A DNA stretch of 36,714 nt, taken from assembly GCA_038870455.1 (NCBI GenBank), contig JAWCPB010000007.1, forward strand, positions 1-36,714, in the 5' to 3' direction. A program made the position numbers and the translations under genes. The stretch is from Candidatus Micrarchaeia archaeon. GTDB lineage: Archaea > Micrarchaeota > Micrarchaeia > Burarchaeales > JACRGF01. The notes beneath the pieces were generated by a model that saw only the letters and a list, made by a program, of their open reading frames with translations, made no database searches and was not told the origin of the DNA. Position 1 is the first letter of the stretch. Each line of letters begins with the position of its first letter. Positions 1 through 9,878 of this stretch are shown here, piece after piece.

Positions 1-270
1 AATCGTTCAGAAGCCGCTGTCAATCTCGCGAAGTCATTTGGAAACCGTTCTGTGAGAGTGCTCGAAAAGGCTTTCGAGCAGGAAAAAGACGAGGACGTGC
101 GCACCTCCATCGCGTGCGCGCTGCGCGCTGTTGGAACTTGGAAGGCCTACCGCGCGCTCGCCCGCCTCATGCGCAAGACGGACTTGGAAGCTGAAGACGG
201 CAAAGCAGTTCTTGACGGAATAATCCGCTTGGAGGAGGTTCTCCCGCGCTGGAAAATCCTGCTCAGCTGA
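1..270 (+). CDS. HEAT-repeat (PBS-lyase-like) protein, 5'-partial
   Basis: Frame is open from base 1 (NRSEAAVNLAKSFGNRSVRVLEKAFEQEKDEDVRTSIACALRAVG...). The DEDVR-x-x-IA-x-AL-x-x-VG pattern is typical of HEAT repeats. Stop overlaps the glyA 3' end. Confidence 0.6.
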   Translation, partial: NRSEAAVNLAKSFGNRSVRVLEKAFEQEKDEDVRTSIACALRAVGTWKAYRALARLMRKTDLEAEDGKAVLDGIIRLEEVLPRWKILLS

Positions 271-1504
271 ATCCGAATTTGACTTTCCTGAACTTCCTCC
301 TGAAAGCCACCACGTCCCGCCTCACCCTCTCGGGCTCCTCCTTTTTTATAACAACACGCGCGGCCAGCTCGGCTATGTAAGCCATTTCCTTTTCCCTCAT
401 GCCGAAGCGAGTCATCTCCTGCACGCCCCACCTTATGCCGCTGGGGTCCATGCTTTTCTTCGCCTCGTCCCACGCGAGCAGGTTCTTGTTGCAGACGATG
501 TTCGCCCTCTCCAGGTTCTGCACAATCTCGGTCGATGAGCCCAGCTTCCTGACATCGCTGAGCACCTGGTGGCTCTCGCTGTATCCTCTGTCCTCGCCAA
601 TCATAGGAAAGCCCTGCTCCGCGAGCGCAGCCCCGAACGCCCTCGCGTTCTTCACCGTCTGCGCGGCGTACTCCCTGCCCCATCGCTTCATTTCAAAGAG
701 CGTGATGAGATAGGCCGGCAGGCGGTGCAGGTGATGGTTGCTGACAAGACCAGGGAACACTTTTCTCTGGATTCGCTTGAAGGTCTCCTCGTCCGTGTTG
801 CCTAGGATGAGCCCGCCCTGCGGGCCCGGGAAAGTCTTGTGCGTGCTGGAGGTGATTATCTCGGCGCCTTCTGCGAATGGGTCCTGGAAAGCCCCTCCTC
901 CGATGAGGCCAAGCACGTGCGCCGCGTCATACACGACCCTCGCCCCAACGGACTTCGCGGCGTCAGCCAGCTCCCTGCACGGGTGCCTGAAGGGAATGAC
1001 GCTGCCTCCGAAAGTGACTATCTTGGGCTTGAGCTCAAGAATCTTTTTCCTCGTGGCGTCGATGTCGATGTCGTACCTCTCCATGTCGAACACATAGTGC
1101 TCGACAGCCAGGCCGCATATGCCAGCGCTGCCGAAAGTCTGGTGGCTGATGTGCGCGCCTGCCGAAGTTCCGGGGTTCATGAGCAGCTCGCCGGGCTTCG
1201 CCAGCGCGGCGAAAACCGCCGTGTTCGCCACGGCCCCGCTTATCGCCCTCACGTCGGCCTGCGCTGCCTTGAAGTACGCACACGATTCTCTCGTCGCCCA
1301 GTCCTCTATCTCGTCAATGAACTTCGTCCCCTGGTAGTATCTCTTGAAAGGAAAGCCCTCAGCGTACCTGTGCATGAAGTCGCTCACGTACGCTTTCCTG
1401 GCTAACGGCGACATGACGTTCTCGCTGGCGATGAGGTTTATGCAAGACGCGCGCCAGGCGTCATTCCGCCTGGTTATCTCAAGCACCCTCTCTTCTTCAG
1501 ACAT
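263..1504 (-). CDS. glyA: Serine hydroxymethyltransferase (archaeal type)
   Basis: Motifs LIASEN, YAEGFPFKRYYQG, DAAHVLGLI and the PLP-lysine motif SSTHKTFPGPQGG. Start moved to the ATG at 1504 (MSEEERV), just downstream of the aminotransferase stop. Confidence 0.96.
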   Translation of the reverse strand: MSEEERVLEITRRNDAWRASCINLIASENVMSPLARKAYVSDFMHRYAEGFPFKRYYQGTKFIDEIEDWATRESCAYFKAAQADVRAISGAVANTAVFAALAKPGELLMNPGTSAGAHISHQTFGSAGICGLAVEHYVFDMERYDIDIDATRKKILELKPKIVTFGGSVIPFRHPCRELADAAKSVGARVVYDAAHVLGLIGGGAFQDPFAEGAEIITSSTHKTFPGPQGGLILGNTDEETFKRIQRKVFPGLVSNHHLHRLPAYLITLFEMKRWGREYAAQTVKNARAFGAALAEQGFPMIGEDRGYSESHQVLSDVRKLGSSTEIVQNLERANIVCNKNLLAWDEAKKSMDPSGIRWGVQEMTRFGMREKEMAYIAELAARVVIKKEEPERVRRDVVAFRRKFRKVKFGFS

Positions 1505-1505
1505 T

Positions 1506-2723
1506 TCACGCACCCCCTTTCCCGACAAGGCTCTCGGCGGCCGCGCGCAGCTGCGCCACGCCATCGACGATGTTCTTCTCGCTCGTCGCATAGGAAAGCC
1601 TCACGTGCCTGGGCGAGCCGAAATCGTTTCCGGGCACCACCGCCACACGCCATTCCTCAAGCAGATACTCAGCCAGCCTCGCCGCATCGCCGAGTGGTCT
1701 TCCACGCCACGTTGCCCCCAGCAGGCCCGAGATGTTCAAGAAGACATAGAAAGCTCCCTTGGGCTCGGCGAAAGTCGTCCCCGGCACGCCGCGCAGCTCT
1801 CGCATCATGAGCAGCCTCCGCGCGTCGAAAACCTTCCTCATCTCCTCCAGCTCGCCCGCCGGGCCGTTGAGCGCGGCGAGCGCGGCCCACTGGGAAACCG
1901 AGGAGGGGTTCGAGGTGCAGGCGCCCTGCAGGTTCGTCATCGCGGCGATGAGCCTCTCGGGCCCTGCGGCGTATCCCAGCCTCCACCCCGTCATGCTGTG
2001 CGATTTCGAGACAGCGTTGACGACGAGCGTCCTTTCCTTCATTCCCGGAAAGGCCGCGATGCTGACGTGCGGCTTTCCCGTGAAGTTCAGGCACTCGTAG
2101 ACCTCGTCCGAGATGACAAACAGGTTGTGCCGCAAGGCGATGTCGGCAACCTCCTCCAGCGCCTCCTTTTCATAAACAGCTCCGGTGGGGTTGTTGGGCG
2201 AGTTGAGGAGAAGCACTCGCGTGCGCTTCGTCACCGCCTTCTCGAGCGCCCCAGCATCGAGCGCAAAGCCCCTCTCCTCCAGAGTGGCGAACGGAACCGT
2301 CCTGCCGCCCGCGATCGCGGCCATGTCCGCGTAGCTCACCCAATACGGCGCGGGCACGATGAGCTCGTCGCCTGGTCCGATGAGCGCGCCGACGGCGTGG
2401 TACAGGCACTGCTTCGCGCCAGCGGACGCGATTATCTCCTTCGAGCTGTACTCCAAGCCGTTGTCGCGCTTGAACTTCTCAGCAATCGCAGCCTTCAGCT
2501 CCGGAATGCCTCCCACGGGCGTGTACTTTGTCTTTCCGGCGTCAATCGCCTTCTTGCCCGCCTCCTTCACCCACTGCGGCGTGTCGAAGTCCGGCTCGCC
2601 CGCGTTCAGCGCGAAAACCCTCTCTCCCTTTGCCTTGAGCGCGCTCACCCTCGCCCCAAGCGAAAGCGTGACCGAAGGCCTGACGCGCGCGGCGGCATCG
2701 GATAGCCTCACCTCATAAACCAC
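1506..2723 (-). CDS. Class I PLP-dependent (aspartate-type) aminotransferase
   Basis: Motifs AGEPDFDTP, YTPVGGIPEL, NSPNNPTG, SDEVY, SKSHSMTGWRLGY, PKGAFY. GTG start (2723, or alternatively 2711). Confidence 0.93.
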   Translation of the reverse strand: MVYEVRLSDAAARVRPSVTLSLGARVSALKAKGERVFALNAGEPDFDTPQWVKEAGKKAIDAGKTKYTPVGGIPELKAAIAEKFKRDNGLEYSSKEIIASAGAKQCLYHAVGALIGPGDELIVPAPYWVSYADMAAIAGGRTVPFATLEERGFALDAGALEKAVTKRTRVLLLNSPNNPTGAVYEKEALEEVADIALRHNLFVISDEVYECLNFTGKPHVSIAAFPGMKERTLVVNAVSKSHSMTGWRLGYAAGPERLIAAMTNLQGACTSNPSSVSQWAALAALNGPAGELEEMRKVFDARRLLMMRELRGVPGTTFAEPKGAFYVFLNISGLLGATWRGRPLGDAARLAEYLLEEWRVAVVPGNDFGSPRHVRLSYATSEKNIVDGVAQLRAAAESLVGKGGA

Positions 2724-2740
2724 AAAACCATCCCTGCGTC

Positions 2741-2769
2741 GCCTTATCTATTTCAGATAAGGCTTAAAT
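2741..2769. promoter_or_regulatory. 9-bp perfect inverted repeat (candidate operator) next to a TATA-like box in a divergent intergenic region
   Basis: GCCTTATCT-atttc-AGATAAGGC at 2741-2763, followed by CTTAAAT (2763-2769) about 26 nt before the ATG at 2795. Confidence 0.5.
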
Positions 2770-2794
2770 CCCTGCCTCATGCACTCCAAACAAC

Positions 2795-4036
2795 ATGCGC
2801 GTGGTTGCAGACTTCCACCTCCACTCGAAATACTCGCGCGCCACGAGCGAGAGGCTGAGCCTGAGGGGGATGGCGGAAGCGGCCAAGGCCAAGGGCGTAA
2901 CCCTCCTCGGCACGGGCGACTTCACCCACCCGCAATATTTTGACGAGCTGGAGCGCGGACTGCGCCTGCATGACAGCGGTTTTTACGAGCACGGCGGCAC
3001 GCTGTTTGTTGTCAGCGGCGAAGTTTCAACAGTGTGGAGCGTTGGTGGAAAGGCGAAGAAAGTCCACCTCATCCTCCTCGTTCCCTCCCTTGATGTTGCG
3101 GCGCAGATAAACGATGTTCTCTCAAAGCGCGGCCACCTCGCTGCGGACGGCCGGCCGACTTTCGGCATGAGCGCGGCCGAGCTGGTAGAGGTTGTGATGG
3201 GCATCGCGGACGACTGCGAGGTCATCCCCGCGCATGCCTGGACCCCGTGGTTCTCAGCATTCGGCTCCAAGTCCGGTTTTGACTCGCTGAAGGAATGCTT
3301 TGAAGACCAGGCCAAGCGCATTCACGCGATTGAAACAGGCCTCTCCTCGGACCCGCCCATGAACTGGCGGCTCAGCGCGCTCGACAGCATAACGCTGGTG
3401 AGCAACTCGGACAGCCACTCTCCTGAGAAAGTGGGCAGGGAAGCCAACGTGTTCGAGTTCGAGGAAAAAGGTTTTTCATACCGCTCGCTGCTTTCCGCCA
3501 TCCGCGCGAAAGACCGCAGGCGCTTTCTGGCCACAATCGAATTCTACCCCGAAGAGGGCAAGTACCACTTCGACGGCCACCGACTATGCGGAGTGAGTCT
3601 GCCGCCCCGGAAAGCGCTTGCGTGCGGCAACATCTGTCCAGTGTGCCGCAGGCCTCTCACCATCGGCGTTCTCCATAGGGTCGAGGAGCTGGCGGACAGG
3701 CCTGAGGGCTTTGTTCCTCCGAACGCCATTCCCTTCGCCCGCCGCATTCCGCTCAACGAGATTCTTGAAAAGGCTGTTGGGAGCGGAAGAAAGGCCGAGG
3801 AAGCGCGCTCTCTCCTCCTGCAGGCTTTTGGCAACGAGCTGGCTGTTCTCGAGGGAGACAGGAAGAGGATTGAAGAAGTTGCGGGCGAGAGGGTCGCCGA
3901 GGGCATAGCCCGCGCCCGGGAAGGCAGGGTTCGCCTCGCTCCCGGCTATGATGGCGTCTATGGCGAAATAGACATTTTTGCCGAACCCGCGCAGGGCACG
4001 CCCACCCTGCAGCGCAGCCTGCAAGAATTTTTATAG
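2795..4036 (+). CDS. endoQ: Endonuclease Q family protein (PHP domain + Zn finger, TIGR00375-like) with C-terminal PIP box
   Basis: DFHLHSKYSRATS, GTGDFTHP, PAHAWTPW, IETGLSSD, SNSDSHS, GKYHFDGHRLC..CPVC..GVLHRVEELADR, PGYDGVYG, and C-terminal QRSLQEFL (PCNA-interacting motif). Confidence 0.85.
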   Translation: MRVVADFHLHSKYSRATSERLSLRGMAEAAKAKGVTLLGTGDFTHPQYFDELERGLRLHDSGFYEHGGTLFVVSGEVSTVWSVGGKAKKVHLILLVPSLDVAAQINDVLSKRGHLAADGRPTFGMSAAELVEVVMGIADDCEVIPAHAWTPWFSAFGSKSGFDSLKECFEDQAKRIHAIETGLSSDPPMNWRLSALDSITLVSNSDSHSPEKVGREANVFEFEEKGFSYRSLLSAIRAKDRRRFLATIEFYPEEGKYHFDGHRLCGVSLPPRKALACGNICPVCRRPLTIGVLHRVEELADRPEGFVPPNAIPFARRIPLNEILEKAVGSGRKAEEARSLLLQAFGNELAVLEGDRKRIEEVAGERVAEGIARAREGRVRLAPGYDGVYGEIDIFAEPAQGTPTLQRSLQEFL

Positions 4037-4065
4037 ATTGGCTGCGATAAAGCCTGGTGGAGGAA

Positions 4066-4323
4066 ATGCGTTTTTCTGCCGAGGTAGTCATAGAGAACAA
4101 GCCGGCCGCCAAAGACCCGGAGGGCGAAACCATCTCCCGCGACCTGCTCCAGCGAAACGGCTTTGAGACTGTAAAAGGCGTCAGGACCGCAAAGCTCCTT
4201 CGCATTTCGCTTGAAGCCAAAGACGAGAGGGAGGCGAGGGCGCTCGTCGAAAGAATGTGCAGGGAGCTCAGGCTCGTGAATCCCGTTGCGCAGATTTATT
4301 CGATTTCGGTAAAGCGCGCGTGA
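4066..4323 (+). CDS. purS: Phosphoribosylformylglycinamidine synthase subunit PurS
   Basis: KPAAKDPEGETI and MCRELRLVNPV motifs; precedes purQ. A possible internal TATA (TTTTTATA) lies at 4028-4035. Confidence 0.92.
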   Translation: MRFSAEVVIENKPAAKDPEGETISRDLLQRNGFETVKGVRTAKLLRISLEAKDEREARALVERMCRELRLVNPVAQIYSISVKRA

Positions 4324-4332
4324 GGCAACAAC

Positions 4333-5010
4333 ATGCGTGTGGCAGTCATCCGCTTTCCCGGCAGCAACTGCGACCTTGACGCGGTGCACGCCTTGCGCGA
4401 CGTGCTGCACGCTCCCTGTGAGCTCGTGTGGCACAAGGAATTCAAGGCTGAGAAATTCGATGCGGCCATACTGCCGGGCGGCTTTTCCTACGGCGACCAC
4501 CTGCGCGCGGGCGTCATCGCCGCTTTCTCCCCCGCGATGAAGGAGGTCAGGCGCATGGCCGAGGAGGGCAAGCCCGTCCTGGGAATATGCAACGGCTTCC
4601 AGATTCTCGTTGAAGGAGGCCTGCTGCCGGGGGCGCTCCTGCGCAACGCGGGAATGAGCTTTGTCTGCCGGTGGGTGACGCTGAGGGTTGAGAGGAACAG
4701 AAGCCTGTTCGCCTCGCACCTGCAGGGAAGGCTGCTGCGCATGCCGGTCGCCCACGGCGAGGGAAGGTATTACGTTGAGGAGGATGAGCTTTCGAGGCTT
4801 TACGCCAACGGCCAGGTCGTGTTCAAGTATGTGAACGAAAAAGGCGAGGCGACCCCAGAAGCCAACCCGAACGGCTCGCTCGACAACATCGCTGGCGTCT
4901 GCAACGAGAGAGGCAACGTGCTGGGCCTCATGCCCCACCCGGAGAGGGCCAGCGAGGCCATACTGGGAGGAATTGACGGAAGAGAACTGCTGGGCATCCT
5001 CGCGAGATGA
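4333..5010 (+). CDS. purQ: FGAM synthase glutaminase subunit PurQ
   Basis: [29 protein letters not shown] (catalytic Cys), [20 protein letters not shown]. Confidence 0.97.
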   Translation: MRVAVIRFPGSNCDLDAVHALRDVLHAPCELVWHKEFKAEKFDAAILPGGFSYGDHLRAGVIAAFSPAMKEVRRMAEEGKPVLGICNGFQILVEGGLLPGALLRNAGMSFVCRWVTLRVERNRSLFASHLQGRLLRMPVAHGEGRYYVEEDELSRLYANGQVVFKYVNEKGEATPEANPNGSLDNIAGVCNERGNVLGLMPHPERASEAILGGIDGRELLGILAR

Positions 5011-5014
5011 TTTT

Positions 5015-7162
5015 TTGGCCCTGACAAAAACCGAGGAAAAAGAACTCACCAAGCGGCTCGGCCGTGCTCCCAACGAGCTTGAGTACGGCATGACCGACAT
5101 CCTATGGAGCGAGCACTGCTCCTACAAGAGCAGCAGACCGTTTTTGAAGCTCCTGCCGACCAGAGGCAACGATGTAGTCGTCGGGCCCGGCTTTGATGCG
5201 GGCGTGGTGGACATAGGCGGAGGATGGTGCGTCGCGTTCAAAATCGAGTCGCACAACCACCCGAGCGCGCTCGAGCCTTACGGTGGCGCGGGCACTGGCA
5301 TAGGCGGCATCATCCGCGACATTCTCGCCATGGGCGCGCAGCCCGTTGCGCTGCTGGACAGCCTCCGCTTCGGCAGCCTGTCATCACCGCATTCGCAGTG
5401 GCTGTTCAGGTATGTGGTGAAGGGAATCGGCGATTACGGGAATTGCGTTGGGGTGCCAACGGTCGCGGGCGACATCGAGTTCGATGCCTCTTTCGAAAAA
5501 AACTGCCTCGTGAACTGCGCGTGCATGGGTTTTGTCAGGCGAGACAAAATCCTTCTCGGCAAGGCGAGGAAGGCGGGCGACCTGCTGGTGCTGGCAGGAG
5601 GAAGCACGGGCCGCGATGGGCTGCATGGAGTGACTTTCGCCTCCCGCGTGCTGAGTGAAGAGAGCGAGGACGACAGGCCAGCGGTCCAGATTCCAGGCCC
5701 TTTCACGAAAAAACTCATAATCGACGCCACGCTCGAGGCCGTTGAGAAGGGCGTGCTCGTCGCGCTCAAGGACTTGGGCGGCGCGGGCCTCACCTGCGCG
5801 GCCGGCGAGATGGTTGCAAAGGCGGGCCTCGGCGCCGAAATCGATGTGGACAAGGTTTTCGTGAGGGAAGGCGGCATGCGCCCCTACGAAATCATGCTAT
5901 CCGAGTCGCAGGAGAGGATGCTGTACGTCGTTGATGAAAAGAGGCTTGGCGAGCTCGAGCTGATTCTCAAGAAATACGACTTGGCCTATGCGGTGATTGG
6001 AAGAGTGACCGCGGACGGCAACATGACAGTAAGAAAGGGCGGCGAGGTCGTTGCCCGCATGCCCGCCCGAATCCTGACCGAGGCGCCGATTCAGAAGAGA
6101 GCCGTGAAGAAGCCGGCTTACCTGAGAAAGCTGCTGAAGCAAAAGCCGAAAAAGCAAGCCGAGCTCCGCCCAGCCCTCCTCGCGCTCCTCTCAAGCGGGA
6201 ACATCTGCTCGCGCGCCTGGGTTTATCAGCAGTACGACCACGAGGTGGGCGACCGCACTGCAGTGAAGCCGGGCAAGGCCGATGCGGCGGTCATTCTCGC
6301 GCCGAACGGAAAGGCCGTCGCGGTGAAGAGCGACTGCAACTCTCACCGTGTCTTCCTCAATCCGCGGGAAGGCGGCGCGCTTGCCGTTGCCGAGGCATGC
6401 CGGAATCTGGCCTGCGTTGGCGCGCGCGCCATTGCGATGGTGGACAACCTGAACTACGGGAATCCCGAGAAGCCCGAGGTGATGTGGTTCTTTTCGGAAT
6501 CTGTCAAGGGCCTGCGCGACGCCTGCCTCGCCTTTGGCATTCCGTGCGTGGGGGGAAACGTCTCTTTCTACAACGAGGATGCCGTCACGGGAAAGGCGGT
6601 CAAGCCCACGCCCGTCGTGGTCGCTGTGGGAATTGTGGACAGGCTCGCGGACATCAGGACGCTGGACTTCAAGAGCGAAGGCAATGCCATCCTGCTCGTT
6701 GGGAAAACAAGGGAAGGGCTCGGCGCTAGCGAGCTGTGGAGAAGCATTCACGGCGTTGAGGGGGGGAGGCCTCCCCGCGTGGATTTGCTGGAGGAAAGGC
6801 GAAACAGAGACTTTGTCCTCGGCATCGTTCCGCTTGCTGCCTCCATTCACGACGTTTCGGCGGGAGGCCTGGCCGTGGCGCTCGCCGAAATGGCCGTCGT
6901 GGGAGGAAGGGGGGCGAGCGTCGAGCTTGAGGAAAGCGAGACGACGCTGTACGGCGAGAGCGGCGCGCGGTACGTCATCGAGTCGAGCGAGCCGCAGAAA
7001 ATCCTGCAGGAGGCGAGAAAGAAAAGAATTCCATGCCAAGTCATTGGCACCGTGGGGGCAAGCGGCGCCCCGCTGAAAATCGGGAGGCTCTCGTGGGAGC
7101 TCGGCGAGCTCAAGCGCGCGTTCGAATCGCAGTTGTGGAAGGCCATGGAGGGAAGACTTTGA
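5015..7162 (+). CDS. purL: FGAM synthase subunit PurL (small type)
   Basis: [63 protein letters not shown]. In-frame TTG start at 5015. Confidence 0.97.
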   Translation: MALTKTEEKELTKRLGRAPNELEYGMTDILWSEHCSYKSSRPFLKLLPTRGNDVVVGPGFDAGVVDIGGGWCVAFKIESHNHPSALEPYGGAGTGIGGIIRDILAMGAQPVALLDSLRFGSLSSPHSQWLFRYVVKGIGDYGNCVGVPTVAGDIEFDASFEKNCLVNCACMGFVRRDKILLGKARKAGDLLVLAGGSTGRDGLHGVTFASRVLSEESEDDRPAVQIPGPFTKKLIIDATLEAVEKGVLVALKDLGGAGLTCAAGEMVAKAGLGAEIDVDKVFVREGGMRPYEIMLSESQERMLYVVDEKRLGELELILKKYDLAYAVIGRVTADGNMTVRKGGEVVARMPARILTEAPIQKRAVKKPAYLRKLLKQKPKKQAELRPALLALLSSGNICSRAWVYQQYDHEVGDRTAVKPGKADAAVILAPNGKAVAVKSDCNSHRVFLNPREGGALAVAEACRNLACVGARAIAMVDNLNYGNPEKPEVMWFFSESVKGLRDACLAFGIPCVGGNVSFYNEDAVTGKAVKPTPVVVAVGIVDRLADIRTLDFKSEGNAILLVGKTREGLGASELWRSIHGVEGGRPPRVDLLEERRNRDFVLGIVPLAASIHDVSAGGLAVALAEMAVVGGRGASVELEESETTLYGESGARYVIESSEPQKILQEARKKRIPCQVIGTVGASGAPLKIGRLSWELGELKRAFESQLWKAMEGRL

Positions 7163-8544
7163 GGCGCGAGGCATTTGATAAGTGCGGTGTGTTCGGCATT
7201 GTCTCGGGCGATTCTCACGTCGCCTCCACGATTTACGATGGCCTGCTCTCGCTGCAGCACAGGGGCCAGGAGTCCTGCGGCATGGCGACTTTCGACGGCA
7301 GCGAGCTGCGCGTGCACAGGGCCATGGGCCTGGTCAGCGAGGTTTTCGATGAGAAAGTGCTTCAGTACCTGCTTGGAAAGCGCGGCATCGGCCACATTCG
7401 CTACTCGACGACAGGCAGCAGCACGATAGAGAACGCCCAGCCGTTTTACTACAGGGCGGCCAGGATGGCGCTCGCGGTGGGATTGAACGGCAACATCACG
7501 AACTACGAGCTCCTGCGCGCCGAGCTCGAGGCACGAGGCCACGTGCTCTCGAGCACCACCGACACCGAGGTCATCGCGCACCTCCTCGGCAACGAGCTGG
7601 ACAAGACCAGCGACCTTGCGAAAGCGCTCAAGGGCGTCATGCAGAAGCTCGAAGGCGCTTACTCGCTCATCATACTGACCGGCAAGGGCCACGTGGTTGG
7701 CGTGCGCGACCCGCTCGGCTTCAGGCCACTGTGCATGGGCAGGCGCGGCGGCGATTTTATCATCGCGAGCGAGAGCGCCGCGCTCGATGCGATAGGTGCG
7801 AATTTCGAGAGGGAGGTCAAACCGGGCGAGGTTGTCATCCTAGGCGACAAGGCCCGGGCGAGGCAGCTCATCGCCTCACCGAAGACCGCGCACTGCATGT
7901 TCGAATGGGTGTATTTCGCCAGGCCGGACAGCGTGATTGGAGGGAGGCTGGTGGGCGAGGTGAGGGAGAGGCTGGGGCGCGCGCTCGGCCAGCTTTACCC
8001 CCTGAAAGTCGACCTTGTTGTGCCCATACCCGACTCGGGCAGAAGCGCGGCGTTCGGCTACTCGCTCGCCACGGGAGTGAAATTCGGCGAGGCGCTTATA
8101 AAGAACAGGTACGTCTGGCGCACTTTCATCATGCCCTCCCAGACAAAGCGCGCGAACAGCGTGCGCCTCAAGCTCAATCCTGTGAAGCAAATGATTCAAG
8201 GGAAAAAGGTCGCTGTCGTGGACGACAGCCTCGTGCGCGGCACAACACTCAGGAAAATCGCCAGGCTCCTGCGGGACGCGGGCGCGGCGGAAGTGCACAT
8301 CCTGCTGTCCTGCCCGCCGATCGTCTCCCCGTGCTACATGGGCGTGAATTTCCCTACCTACCAGGAGCTCGCCGCGCACAACAAGAGCATCGAGCAGATA
8401 AGGCAGGAGCTCGGCGTGGAGTCGCTCAACTACATGACTGTCGAAAAGCTCGTGGAAGCAATCGGCCTGCCCAAGCAAAGCCTCTGCCTCGCGTGCCTCA
8501 CCGGCGATTATCCCGTTAAAATACATTCTCCTTCAAGAGTGTGA
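7159..8544 (+). CDS. purF: Amidophosphoribosyltransferase, [4Fe-4S]/propeptide type
   Basis: Short propeptide then CGVFG (Ntn Cys), LQHRGQE, RYSTTG, CMFEWVYFARPDS, VDDSLVRGTT, PCYMG, CLAC. TTG start overlaps the purL stop (TTGA) after GGAGG. Confidence 0.97.
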   Translation: MRREAFDKCGVFGIVSGDSHVASTIYDGLLSLQHRGQESCGMATFDGSELRVHRAMGLVSEVFDEKVLQYLLGKRGIGHIRYSTTGSSTIENAQPFYYRAARMALAVGLNGNITNYELLRAELEARGHVLSSTTDTEVIAHLLGNELDKTSDLAKALKGVMQKLEGAYSLIILTGKGHVVGVRDPLGFRPLCMGRRGGDFIIASESAALDAIGANFEREVKPGEVVILGDKARARQLIASPKTAHCMFEWVYFARPDSVIGGRLVGEVRERLGRALGQLYPLKVDLVVPIPDSGRSAAFGYSLATGVKFGEALIKNRYVWRTFIMPSQTKRANSVRLKLNPVKQMIQGKKVAVVDDSLVRGTTLRKIARLLRDAGAAEVHILLSCPPIVSPCYMGVNFPTYQELAAHNKSIEQIRQELGVESLNYMTVEKLVEAIGLPKQSLCLACLTGDYPVKIHSPSRV

Positions 8545-9878
8545 GCATGAAGCCAAAACGCATTCTTCTCGTGGGAAACGGCGCCCGGGAGCACGCAATA
8601 TGCGACGCCGTGCTGGCGCACAATGGAGCGGTCAGGTTCTATGCTTTCATGAGCGCGCGCAACCCGGGCATAGCGCGCGCGTGCGAGGATTTCGCGATAG
8701 GCGACATTCACAATCCGGCTGAGGTCGCCAGGTGGGCGGCTGCGCGGCGCATCGACCTCGCGATATGCTCCCCAGACGCCGTGCTCGCTGCAGGCGTTTC
8801 CGACGCGCTGTGGAGGGCGGGCATTCCAACGGTCGGGCCCGTCAAGGCCGCCGCGCGCCTCGAGTGGGACAAGGCCTTCGCGCGCGAGCTCATGGCGCGC
8901 CACCGCATAACCGGCTGCCCCAAATTCAAGGTGTGCCAGACGGCTGCCGAGGCGGCCGACTTCATCGAAGAGCTCGGCGGCGCGGTTGCGGTAAAGCCGG
9001 CGGGCCTCACCGGCGGGAAAGGCGTGAAAGTCGTCGGCTACCAGCTCAAGGACGGCAGCGAGGCCAAGGCATACGCGAATGAGATACTCGACAAGCGCAT
9101 AGGCCAGCTCGGCTGCGTTGTCATCGAGGAAAAGCTTGAGGGAGAGGAGTTCACGCTCCAGGCTTTCGTGGATGGAAAAAATGTCGTGGGCATGCCAGCG
9201 GTGCAGGACCACAAGCGCGCGGGGGAAAATGACGTTGGGCCCAATACCGGGGGCATGGGCTCGTACAGCGACGCGGGCAAAATCCTTCCTTTCATGAGGC
9301 AGGCCGACTACGAGCAGGGGCTTGCGATCATGCAGCATGCTGTCGATGCGCTCAGGAAAGAGGGCATCGCCTTTCAGGGCTTTCTGTATGGGCAGTTCAT
9401 GCTGACGCGGGATGGTGTTTGCCTTGTTGAGTTCAACTCGCGGCTCGGCGATCCAGAGGCCATGAACGTGCTGCCCATTCTCAAAAGCGATTTTGCCGAG
9501 CTCCTTCAGCAGATTACTGAGGGAAAGCTCGGGCGCGCTGAGTTCGAGCACAAGGCAACCGTATGCAAGTACCTCGTGCCCGCCGGCTATCCAGAGAACC
9601 CGCGCAGGAACGAGCCCATCACCGTCATGGAGCACGCCATCGCCCAGGCGGGCGCGCGCTATTACTACGCGAGCGTTGACGAGCGCGATGGGGTGATCTA
9701 CACGAGCTCCTCGCGCGCGGTCGCCCTGCTCGGGATAGCCGACTCAATCGCTGATGCGGAAAAGATTGCCGAGAGGGCGTGCGGCCTTGTCAAGGGCCCG
9801 CTGGCCCACAGGCGCGACATCGGCAAGGCAGAGCTCATCCAGAAGAGAATCGACCACATGAAGGCGCTGAGGGGCTAA
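8541..9878 (+). CDS. purD: Phosphoribosylamine-glycine ligase
   Basis: VGNGAREHA, GLTGGKGV, IEEKLEGEEF, QDHKR..GPNTGGMG, EFNSRLGDPE. Start is GTG 8541 or ATG 8547. Confidence 0.97.
   Translation: MSMKPKRILLVGNGAREHAICDAVLAHNGAVRFYAFMSARNPGIARACEDFAIGDIHNPAEVARWAAARRIDLAICSPDAVLAAGVSDALWRAGIPTVGPVKAAARLEWDKAFARELMARHRITGCPKFKVCQTAAEAADFIEELGGAVAVKPAGLTGGKGVKVVGYQLKDGSEAKAYANEILDKRIGQLGCVVIEEKLEGEEFTLQAFVDGKNVVGMPAVQDHKRAGENDVGPNTGGMGSYSDAGKILPFMRQADYEQGLAIMQHAVDALRKEGIAFQGFLYGQFMLTRDGVCLVEFNSRLGDPEAMNVLPILKSDFAELLQQITEGKLGRAEFEHKATVCKYLVPAGYPENPRRNEPITVMEHAIAQAGARYYYASVDERDGVIYTSSSRAVALLGIADSIADAEKIAERACGLVKGPLAHRRDIGKAELIQKRIDHMKALRG

Noticed and set aside
5007-5024. Possible programmed frameshift at the purQ/purL junction (ATG followed by a T6 run)
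   Set aside because: An in-frame TTG at 5015 gives a normal PurL N-terminus, so no frameshift is needed.
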